A stretch of DNA of 64,000 bases, taken from the NCBI GenBank assembly GCA_964472135.1, contig CAYYJB010000001.1, positions 67,944 through 131,943 of the forward strand, read 5' to 3'. Below the pieces are notes generated by a model, which had not been told where the DNA came from, searched no databases, and worked only from the letters and a program-made list of their open reading frames with translations. A program made the position numbers and the translations under genes. Positions 36,838-44,412 of the stretch are shown piece by piece (positions within the stretch are counted from its first letter, which is position 1; every line of letters begins with the position of its first letter). The DNA comes from an uncultured Gemmobacter sp. (GTDB lineage: Bacteria > Pseudomonadota > Alphaproteobacteria > Rhodobacterales > Rhodobacteraceae).

Positions 36838-37625
36838 TGCGTGCCCTCCTGCCCATGCTCGCGACCGGTGCCGCCTGGCTCGCGGCCCTCGGAGCATCAG
36901 CCCAGACGCCTGACCCGACGCCGCGTCCGCCGGTTTCAGGTTACGATTACATGGCCCCCTCGACGCAGGAGTTGCAGGACGACGACTTCGGCAATCCTGG
37001 CTTTTTCGCGATCGACCGCGGCGTGCGGCTCTGGTCCGAACCGGGCGGCCCGGATGGGGCGGCCTGCGCCGATTGCCACGGCGCCGAGGGTGAGGGCCTC
37101 GTCGGGGCCGCCACCCGACTGCCCGCCGTCGACAGCCGCAGCGGAACGTTGATGAACCTCGAGGGGCACATCAACAACTGCCGTGTCGAAAGAATGAAAT
37201 CTGATCCTTACGCATATGAATCCGAAGAACTTCTCTCGCTTACGGCGTATGTTTCCTACCTCTCGCGCGGGCTGCCGGTCGCGGTGGCGGCTGATGGCCC
37301 GGCCGCGCCATTCTTCGAGGAGGGGCGCGCGCTCTATTTCGAACGTCGGGGGCAACTCGATCTGTCCTGCACCCAGTGCCATGATGAGCGCGCCGGCCAG
37401 ATGCTGCGCGGCGATCGCATCAGCCAGGGCCATGTCAACGGGTTTCCGATCTACCGGTTGAAGTGGTTTTCGATGGGGTCGCGGCATCGCATGTTCGAAT
37501 GGTGCAACACATCGCTCAGGGCCGAACCCTTCGCGCCCGGTAGCCCCGAATACCTCGCGCTGGAACTTTATGTCGCGTGGCGCGGTAACGGCCTGCCGAT
37601 CGAGACACCGGCCGTGCGGCGCTAG
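36837..37625 (+). CDS. soxA: SoxA di-haem cytochrome c (L-cysteine S-thiosulfotransferase subunit)
   Basis: Signal peptide, then CADCH and CTQCH. SoxA-typical FEWCNTSLRAEP with an active-site Cys. GTG 36834 is an alternative start. Confidence 0.9.
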   Translation: MRALLPMLATGAAWLAALGASAQTPDPTPRPPVSGYDYMAPSTQELQDDDFGNPGFFAIDRGVRLWSEPGGPDGAACADCHGAEGEGLVGAATRLPAVDSRSGTLMNLEGHINNCRVERMKSDPYAYESEELLSLTAYVSYLSRGLPVAVAADGPAAPFFEEGRALYFERRGQLDLSCTQCHDERAGQMLRGDRISQGHVNGFPIYRLKWFSMGSRHRMFEWCNTSLRAEPFAPGSPEYLALELYVAWRGNGLPIETPAVRR

Positions 37626-38341
37626 TAAAGCGGCGTCCTGCGGCGGCAGCGCTCGACAAGCGGCGCGCTCGCGGGGACGCAATAGGCGATGTCGCCCGAC
37701 ATCATCTGCGTTACTTCAGCCCGCTCGGCCCAATGCGCCGCCAGATCGAGGTCAGGCTCCACACCCCGGCCGAGCGCATAGAGCATGCTCGCCGCGAATT
37801 GCGCCGGCGCGAAATTCGCCTCGGCGGCGCGCAGGAACCACGCCGCCCCCTCGGTGGCGCCGGCGGGGCCTTCGGGGGCGTCCGCCGCGCTCAGCACCTC
37901 GCCTAGGCGCATCTGGGCGAGGATGTCGCCCGCCGTCGCGCCCGCCCGCAGCCATTCGAGCGCGCGCGCCCGATCCGCGGCGACCGGCCCGTCACCAGCA
38001 AGCAACATGACCCCGAGGTTGTAGAAGGCTGGCGTGAAACCCGCCGCCGCGGCCTTGAGGTAAAGGTCGAGCGCGGCCTGCGGATCGCGAGGCGCGCCGT
38101 CGGGCGGTACATCGGCGAGCACCCCGAGGTTGAACAGCGCGGCGCCGTCCCCGTTCGCGGCAAGTGTCTGCCAGATCGTGCGCGCCGCGCCGATGTGGCC
38201 ACGTTCCCACGCGAGGGCGGCCTCGGGGGCGTCCTTTGGGGCGGTGTCGGCCATGGCAGGGGCTGCAAGCCCGCCCAACCCCAGCGCCACCACGAGGGCG
38301 ACCAGATTCCGCATCAATGATATGGAGGGACCGCGCCGCAC
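37622..38341 (-). CDS. Sel1-like repeat (SLR) protein, secreted
   Basis: Signal MRNLVALVVALGLGGLAAPAMA (an ATG at 38314 is a likely alternative start). Repeated A..W...AA..G...A...LG motifs. Its stop shares CTAG with the soxA stop. Confidence 0.75.
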   Translation of the reverse strand: MRRGPSISLMRNLVALVVALGLGGLAAPAMADTAPKDAPEAALAWERGHIGAARTIWQTLAANGDGAALFNLGVLADVPPDGAPRDPQAALDLYLKAAAAGFTPAFYNLGVMLLAGDGPVAADRARALEWLRAGATAGDILAQMRLGEVLSAADAPEGPAGATEGAAWFLRAAEANFAPAQFAASMLYALGRGVEPDLDLAAHWAERAEVTQMMSGDIAYCVPASAPLVERCRRRTPLY

Positions 38342-38344
38342 CTT

Positions 38345-39004
38345 TCAGCCGCCGACAAAGACCGACATCCGCGCGGTGCGCATCGCGAGAGGCTCATACT
38401 CGTGCCCGCGGATCATGCAGGTCGTGGCCTCGGCACGTTCGTAAAGTTCGTTCGCGATCGAGGCATCGAGTTCGACGCCCTGTCCCATCGCATAGAGGGT
38501 TCCAAGCCGGAACATCGCGGCGGCGAGGTTCTGGCGAACCGCACGCTCATACCATTCGGCCGCCCGCGCGTGATCGAGCGGCACGCCCGTGCCGGTCGAA
38601 TACATCTCGCCCAGCTTGTATTGCGCAAGCGCGTTGCCCGCCTCGCCCGCGCGCTCGTACCAGCGCGCCGCCTCGGCCGGATCCCGCGCCATGCCCGCCC
38701 GTCCGAGTTCATGGATGAGGCCGAGATTGACCATCGCCTCGACCACGCCCTGCGCGGCGGCCATCTCATACCAGCGCTGCGCGGTCGCGTCGTCTTCGGG
38801 GCGGCCAAGCCCCCGATCGAAAAGATTGCCGAGGTTGTATTGGGCATCCGCATCGCCCGCCTCGGCCAGCGGCAGCCAGTGCCCGAACGCGGTCGCGTAA
38901 TCCCCGGCCATCGCGGCCCGCGCGCCGTCGTCGAAGGCATCGGCGCGCACATGCTGGGACCACAGCACGAAGGCGCACAGTCCGATCACCAGCAAGCCGC
39001 GCAT
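38345..39004 (-). CDS. Sel1-like repeat (SLR) protein, secreted
   Basis: 219 aa. RBS GGAGGA. Signal peptide. Five or more repeats of the type DAxAQYNLG / AARWYERAGEAGNALAQYKLG. Confidence 0.85.
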   Translation of the reverse strand: MRGLLVIGLCAFVLWSQHVRADAFDDGARAAMAGDYATAFGHWLPLAEAGDADAQYNLGNLFDRGLGRPEDDATAQRWYEMAAAQGVVEAMVNLGLIHELGRAGMARDPAEAARWYERAGEAGNALAQYKLGEMYSTGTGVPLDHARAAEWYERAVRQNLAAAMFRLGTLYAMGQGVELDASIANELYERAEATTCMIRGHEYEPLAMRTARMSVFVGG

Positions 39005-39129
39005 CGCATCCTCCGTCCCGCACGGCGACGTTAGCGCAGCTTGGCATTCCGATCAATCTGTTCGCCTGTTGCGTCGCGGCGCGCGCTTCGACAGGATGGA
39101 TTAACGGCGGGCGGGGCGGAGGCAGGACG

Positions 39130-39603
39130 ATGGGCTGGCGCGGCGCGGTATCGGCGGTTGCGGTGCTTCTGGCCTCGACGGGCGCAGGCTCGGCGCGCGA
39201 CATCCTCGAGACGCTGCGGGTGTCGGGCAACCACGAGATGTTTCTGGTCGCGGTCGAACGCGCGGGCTTCCTCGAGACGCTGCGCGGCCCCGGCCCGATC
39301 ACGCTGCTCGCGCCCCACGATGTCGCGTTTCGCGAACTCGAGGACGGCGGCGGGTTCGAGATGCTGCTGCTCCGGCCCGACCTCCTGCGCCAGATCGTTG
39401 CCTATCACATCCTGCCCGGGACGGTCGTCCTTGAGGATATGGCCGAAGGTGCCGCCATGGCCACCGTGCAGGGCAAGGAAGTGGTTTTTCTGCGCGCGGG
39501 CGGGGCGGCATTCAACCACGCGCGGCTGAGAAAGCCTGACATCGCCGCATCGAACGGCATCGTGCACGAGATCGAAGATATCCTGATCCCGCCGGGGCTT
39601 TGA
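39130..39603 (+). CDS. fasciclin (FAS1) domain protein, secreted
   Basis: 157 aa. RBS GGAGG. FAS1 motifs TLLAPHDVAF and NGIVHEIEDILIPP. Confidence 0.88.
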   Translation: MGWRGAVSAVAVLLASTGAGSARDILETLRVSGNHEMFLVAVERAGFLETLRGPGPITLLAPHDVAFRELEDGGGFEMLLLRPDLLRQIVAYHILPGTVVLEDMAEGAAMATVQGKEVVFLRAGGAAFNHARLRKPDIAASNGIVHEIEDILIPPGL

Positions 39604-39613
39604 TCAGCGGCGG

Positions 39614-41203
39614 TCAGACGACCGTGAACTGCCCCATCATGCCGGCATCCTCGTGTTCGAGAATGTGGCAGTGATACATGAAGGGATAATCGCGCGGGGC
39701 GGGTTGATCGAACCGCACGAGGATCTCGGTCTGGCCCGACACCAGCACCGTATCCTTCCATCCGCTGTTTTCAGGCCGAACCATGCCGCCCGCCTCGTCG
39801 ATGACCCGGAACTGCACCCCGTGGATGTGGAAAGGGTGCTCGCTGCTCGCGCCGCCCGAGATCAGCCAGCGTTCGGTCGTGCCGCGTGGGATCTCGAAAT
39901 CGTTGCGGGTCGGGTCGTAGACGCGGCCATTGATCGAAAAATCATGCAGGTCGTGGTTCGATGTGGATGCCGTCTCGCCCGTCGTCGCCACGAGCGACTG
40001 GGCGTGCCCCGATCCGTGCCCCGATCCGTCCCCGTGCTGATGTCCGGATAGGTTCCCGCCCGGGCGGCCGACCGCGCCGCCGCCGGTGTTGAGGGCGAAC
40101 CGCCGGGTCGGACCGTCCGCCCCATCGAGGGGCGGCAACTCGGGGCCGAGCCGATCGGGCAGACGGTCGATCCGGGCGGGCAGATCGGGATCGACCGCGA
40201 AGTCGAGGATGTCGATCTGACCCCGACCCGAGATCAGCCGCGCCGGCGCGCCGTCCGAGAAATCGACCAGCACCTCGGCGCGCTCGCCCGAGGCGATGCG
40301 CAGGCTGCGCAACGGGCGCGGGACCGGCAGATAGCCCCCGTCTGTCGCGATCAGATGAAGCGGGCGGCCATCGGGAAAAAGCAGCGTGTAGGTCCGGGCG
40401 TTCGAGGCATTGAGCACGCGAAGCCGCACGATGCCCGCGGGGACGGCGGCCGTCGCCCCGATCTGGCCGTTGACGAAGATGCGATTGCCATGGAACCCGT
40501 TCAGGATGTCCGTCGGCGTCAGATCATAGACCATGCGCCCCTCGGCATCGACGCGGCGGTCCTGCACGATCAGCGTCAGGTCGTCGACACCATAGCGGCT
40601 GGGCAGGCCGCGCTCATCGTCGCGCCCGTCTACGAGGTGGATCACCCCCGCCAGACCAGCGTAGACATGCCGCGCCGTCGCGCCGTGCACGTGCGAATGA
40701 TACCATGCGGTCATCGGCTCTTGCGCGACGGGCAGCACCGTGCGCCGCCGCTCGCCCGCCCCGATCGGGTTATGGGGCCCGCCGTCGACCACTCCAGGCA
40801 CCAGCAGGCCGTGCCAGTGGACCGTCACATCCTCTTTGAGCGCGTTGCGCACCTCGGCCGCGATCTCGCCGCGGGGCAGGATGATGGTCGGGCCGAGATA
40901 GCTCTGGTTGAAACCCGCAGTCATGCTGGGACGCCCCGGCCCGAACCGGGTCCTGCCGGTCTGCGCCCGCAGCGAGATGCTGCCCGTCTCGCGCACATCG
41001 AGGAGCGGCGGCATCCCGAGGCGTCCCGCTGTCGCCGCGCCGACGCGGCGGTCGATCGCGAGGGCCCCCGCCCCCAAAAGCCCCATCGCCCCAAGCCCGA
41101 GCAGGGCGGCGCGCCGGCGCGTGTCGGGCGGGGTGTCGGGCGGGGTGTCGGGCGCAAAGTCGGGCGCAGTGTCGGGCGATGTTCCGAGGCGGCGCGGCGT
41201 CAT
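39614..41203 (-). CDS. CueO-like three-domain multicopper oxidase, Tat-exported
   Basis: 529 aa. Tat motif TRRRAALLGLG. Copper motifs HWHG, WYHSHVHG, HPFHIHG and HCHILEHEDAGMM. ATGA overlap with apbE. Confidence 0.92.
   Translation of the reverse strand: MTPRRLGTSPDTAPDFAPDTPPDTPPDTRRRAALLGLGAMGLLGAGALAIDRRVGAATAGRLGMPPLLDVRETGSISLRAQTGRTRFGPGRPSMTAGFNQSYLGPTIILPRGEIAAEVRNALKEDVTVHWHGLLVPGVVDGGPHNPIGAGERRRTVLPVAQEPMTAWYHSHVHGATARHVYAGLAGVIHLVDGRDDERGLPSRYGVDDLTLIVQDRRVDAEGRMVYDLTPTDILNGFHGNRIFVNGQIGATAAVPAGIVRLRVLNASNARTYTLLFPDGRPLHLIATDGGYLPVPRPLRSLRIASGERAEVLVDFSDGAPARLISGRGQIDILDFAVDPDLPARIDRLPDRLGPELPPLDGADGPTRRFALNTGGGAVGRPGGNLSGHQHGDGSGHGSGHAQSLVATTGETASTSNHDLHDFSINGRVYDPTRNDFEIPRGTTERWLISGGASSEHPFHIHGVQFRVIDEAGGMVRPENSGWKDTVLVSGQTEILVRFDQPAPRDYPFMYHCHILEHEDAGMMGQFTVV
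40004..40027 (-). repeat. 12-nt tandem duplication inside the His/Gly-rich insert of the multicopper oxidase
   Basis: GTGCCCCGATCC x2 on the plus strand, encoding GSGH-GSGH. Confidence 0.8.
41121..41180 (-). repeat. 5 x 12-nt in-frame tandem repeat in the Tat-signal n-region of the multicopper oxidase
   Basis: Units are gtgtcgggcggg, gtgtcgggcggg, gtgtcgggcgca, aagtcgggcgca, gtgtcgggcgat. They encode SPDT-APDF-APDT-PPDT-PPDT immediately before the RRR. Confidence 0.9.
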
Positions 41204-42189
41204 GACCAGCCCGCCGTTTCGCCATAGCGGAGGATCTCGCCATCGGCGCGGGTCAGGCGCGCGCGGAACCCGTTTCTTGCCGGCAAGATGGCGCCCGCCC
41301 GATCCGGCCCCGCGACATAGAGCGCGGTCGACAGCGCGTCCGCCTCGCGCGCCGTCGGTGCCTCAACGACCGCCTCGATCACGCCCTCGGCGCTCCGGCC
41401 CGTCACGGGGTCGATGATGTGGTGTCCGCCGCCCGGCATCCTGAGGCCATACCCCCCCGATATCGCGAGCGCCGTCTCGCGCAGCGCCATCGTCCCGCGC
41501 GTGCGTGTCGGGTCGGTCGGATCGATCAGCGCGACCGCATGGCCCGCACCATCGGGGCCCGATCCGAGGGCGCGCAACTCGCCCGCGTCGATCAGCGCCT
41601 CATTGAACCCCTCGGCAGAGAGCATCGCCGCCAGCCTGTCCGCCGCGTGCCCCTGGGCGATCCCGTTCAGGGTAATCCGCATGCCCGGGCGGCCAAGACC
41701 GATCCGTCGTGCCCCGACATAGACCGCATCGCGCGCCACAAGGGCCCGCGCCGCCGCATGGGCCCTTGCGTCGCCCGGTTGCATGCTGAGCGCGCGCCAG
41801 AGGGGCTGGATCGTCGGATCGAAGGCGCCACCGCTTGCCTCGGCGACCTCGAGCGCATGCGTCAGCACCGCGCGCATGTCGGTCGAGGGTCGCTCGAGAC
41901 GCCGATCTAGGTTCAGCCGCGCGATCTCGCTCCGGGGGTCGTGCAGATCGAAGATGCGCCGCAGACGTCCGAGTTCGGCCTCGATCCGTCCGAGGGCGGC
42001 GCGCGCGCGGTTCGGGTCGGGGTGCCAGAGTGTGATCGCGGCTTCGGCGCCGAGCGCCTCACCCCGCCAGTGCACGGCCTCGGGGGCGCCGCGCAGCCCA
42101 CGCCCCAGCGCAAGCGCGAGTGGGATCGCCCCCGCCGCCGCCGCGACGCGCAGGAATTGCCGCCGTCCAAAGCCGCGCCCACCCCTCAT
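41200..42189 (-). CDS. apbE: FAD:protein FMN transferase ApbE, Tat signal
   Basis: 329 aa from ATG 42187-42189. Tat motif GRRQFLRVAAAAG. ApbE-family sequence. ATGA overlaps on both sides. Confidence 0.9.
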   Translation of the reverse strand: MRGGRGFGRRQFLRVAAAAGAIPLALALGRGLRGAPEAVHWRGEALGAEAAITLWHPDPNRARAALGRIEAELGRLRRIFDLHDPRSEIARLNLDRRLERPSTDMRAVLTHALEVAEASGGAFDPTIQPLWRALSMQPGDARAHAAARALVARDAVYVGARRIGLGRPGMRITLNGIAQGHAADRLAAMLSAEGFNEALIDAGELRALGSGPDGAGHAVALIDPTDPTRTRGTMALRETALAISGGYGLRMPGGGHHIIDPVTGRSAEGVIEAVVEAPTAREADALSTALYVAGPDRAGAILPARNGFRARLTRADGEILRYGETAGWS

Positions 42190-44306
42190 GCCGCCCCCGC
42201 TGCCATCGTGCCGCCGACCGTTCCGCCCGCCGCCTGCCGGCGCGCCCCCTGCTTGCGAAGCTGCGCGAGGGGCGGGCAACGATGATCGTCGTTATATTCG
42301 ACCATGCAGTCCAGACACTGAAAGCATTCGTTCATCCGGATCGCCCCCGAGCGTCCGATCGCCTTGACCGGGCACGAACGCTCGCACAACCGGCAGGGCG
42401 ATCCGCATTCGGGCCGCCGCTTGAGCAGTTCGACCAGATGCAGCCGGTCCATGATCGCGAGCACCGCCCCCAGCGGACACAGAAACCGGCAGAAGGCCCG
42501 TTCGGTGAACAGCCCTGCCGACAACAGGACAACGGCCCACAGCACATAGGGCAGGGCGCGATCGAAGATCGCGGTGATCGCGGTCTTGAACGGCTCCACC
42601 TCGGCCGCGACGGCGCCCGCGTCCGGCGCCACGAAGGCAAGCCCCACGACCACGGCCAGCGCCACATACTTGATGTTCCACAGACGCGATTGCAGCGCCT
42701 CGGACGGCGACCACTGGGGCAGGCGCAGCGCCCGGGCCAGATTGGCGAGCAACTCCTGCATCGCGCCGAAGGGGCACAGCCAGCCGCAGAACACCCCCCG
42801 CCCGAGCCACAGCAGCGAGGCGAGGGTGTAGAGCGAGATCATCACGATCAGCGGTTCGGCAAGATAGAATCCGACGTCGAGCCCGCCGAAGGGTGCGGCG
42901 AGGTAATTGATCACATGCACGATCGACAGTTGAGCGCCTGCGATCCAGCCGATCCAGACCAGCGTGAAAGTCAGGAACCCGAGTCGCAGCCCACGATAGA
43001 GGGCGCGGTGGCGCACGATGCGGCCCTGCATCGCAAGGATCAGCGTCAGCGCCGCAAGCGCCGCCGCCAGGACGACCTCTTGCCCGACCCCCTCGCGCCA
43101 CGCCTCGACCCAGGCGGGGACGGGGGCGGGCGGGGGCATCAGCACATAGTGGGCGGGCAGGGTGTAGTCGATCGCCGCCACGAGGAAGCGCGTCTCGGCA
43201 CCATCGGGGGCACGCGCCGTCGCATGCACTTCGGCCCGCCAGGGGACAAACGGGTCGAAGCCGCCGTCAGGCGGCAGCACGGCGATGTGCGCGACCCTGC
43301 CCAGCGCGAAGTTCGCGCTGACCAGATCCTGCGCCTTGAAGGTATGGATGCGCCCAGCCTGATGAACCTCGAGCCGCTCAAGCCGGAACCCGTGCGATAT
43401 GTTGCGGTATTTCGATCCGCGAAAGTCGAAGATCCCGTTCGAGGCGAAGATCAGCGCATGGGTGCCCTCGGGTCGCTTCTCGATCAACTGGTCGTAGGCC
43501 CATTGTCCCGCGCCGTTGCGCCCGATCGTGGGCGGGATCGCATAGCCCGCGCGAAAATCGATATAGGTCGCCTCGGGTTTGCCCCATGGTTCGACCTCGG
43601 GCGTGTGCCCCGCAAGCCCCGCCTCGGCCATGATGCGCGCAAGATCGGCATTCGTGACGATCGTCTGTGCCAGTCCGCCGTCCGCGATCAGCTCTTCCGC
43701 CGTCATCGGGCGGAAGTTCAGCGTGTCGACAGTCGGCTCGGTCACGACCTTCTTTCCGGTGCGATAGCGCAGCACGATCCCCGCGCCCTCCAGAACGGCG
43801 TTGCGCATCGCCCGCGCCGAGATCGTCGCCCCGGCGACATGCTGGGGCGGCAGGGCCCCCTCGGCCCCGACGCGCGCCTCGAGGCCTGTGATCGAGTTCA
43901 GCACCTGCGTGAGTTGACCGGTGCGCCGGGCGTCGTTGATGAGATAGGGCTCGCGATGAAAGAGGACCATCGCGCCCGTCACCCGCCCGTCGAGGCCGAC
44001 GCCCGCCACCACATCAAACGGTGTCGGCGAATAGCCCGGCGCGCGCAGCACGTCGAAGGTAGAGAACGCATATCCGGCGAGGGTTTCACCCGATTTCACC
44101 GCCATTGCCGGCGGCCCGCCGTCAGAAAGAGCCTCTAGCGCCGTCGCGCCCGGGAATATTTCGGCCATCACCTCGGGGGTCAGCCGTTCGCTCAGCGGCG
44201 GCCGTTCGGTCGACGTCCCCTGCGCGAGCGCCGCCGTGGCCCAGAGCAAGCAGACGATTTGCAGCAGCGCGGCGAGGGTCCGTCCTGTCGATCCGGGGCG
44301 CCGCAC
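42186..44306 (-). CDS. NosR/NirI-family membrane FMN- and Fe-S-binding protein
   Basis: 706 aa from GTG 44304-44306 (RBS GAGGAGGA). Periplasmic FMN-bind domain with VAGATIS. CGWLCPFG and CRFLCPLG motifs. C-terminal cysteine clusters CGSPCRLCERSCP and CFQCLDC. The 1085-aa maximal ORF has no in-frame ATG near the homology start. Confidence 0.88.
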   Translation of the reverse strand: MRRPGSTGRTLAALLQIVCLLWATAALAQGTSTERPPLSERLTPEVMAEIFPGATALEALSDGGPPAMAVKSGETLAGYAFSTFDVLRAPGYSPTPFDVVAGVGLDGRVTGAMVLFHREPYLINDARRTGQLTQVLNSITGLEARVGAEGALPPQHVAGATISARAMRNAVLEGAGIVLRYRTGKKVVTEPTVDTLNFRPMTAEELIADGGLAQTIVTNADLARIMAEAGLAGHTPEVEPWGKPEATYIDFRAGYAIPPTIGRNGAGQWAYDQLIEKRPEGTHALIFASNGIFDFRGSKYRNISHGFRLERLEVHQAGRIHTFKAQDLVSANFALGRVAHIAVLPPDGGFDPFVPWRAEVHATARAPDGAETRFLVAAIDYTLPAHYVLMPPPAPVPAWVEAWREGVGQEVVLAAALAALTLILAMQGRIVRHRALYRGLRLGFLTFTLVWIGWIAGAQLSIVHVINYLAAPFGGLDVGFYLAEPLIVMISLYTLASLLWLGRGVFCGWLCPFGAMQELLANLARALRLPQWSPSEALQSRLWNIKYVALAVVVGLAFVAPDAGAVAAEVEPFKTAITAIFDRALPYVLWAVVLLSAGLFTERAFCRFLCPLGAVLAIMDRLHLVELLKRRPECGSPCRLCERSCPVKAIGRSGAIRMNECFQCLDCMVEYNDDHRCPPLAQLRKQGARRQAAGGTVGGTMAAGAA

Positions 44307-44412
44307 GTCGGGATCCTCCTCGGCCGCATCGCGCCAGCCGCATGAGCGGATTTGGACGCGACGCGGGACAAAGCGCAAGAAGAAAAATGTCGGCACTTGG
44401 CGGGTCGCGTGC

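Noticed and set aside
41121-41180. Possible CRISPR-like or minisatellite array
   Set aside because: The units are only 12 nt, contiguous without spacers, in frame inside a coding region, and no cas genes are present. It is a coding tandem repeat, not a CRISPR array.
39614-44306. Annotating the locus as a nitrous-oxide reductase (nos) cluster
   Set aside because: No NosZ-like protein (CuA/CuZ beta-propeller) or nosDFYL is present. The only copper enzyme is a CueO-type three-domain MCO.
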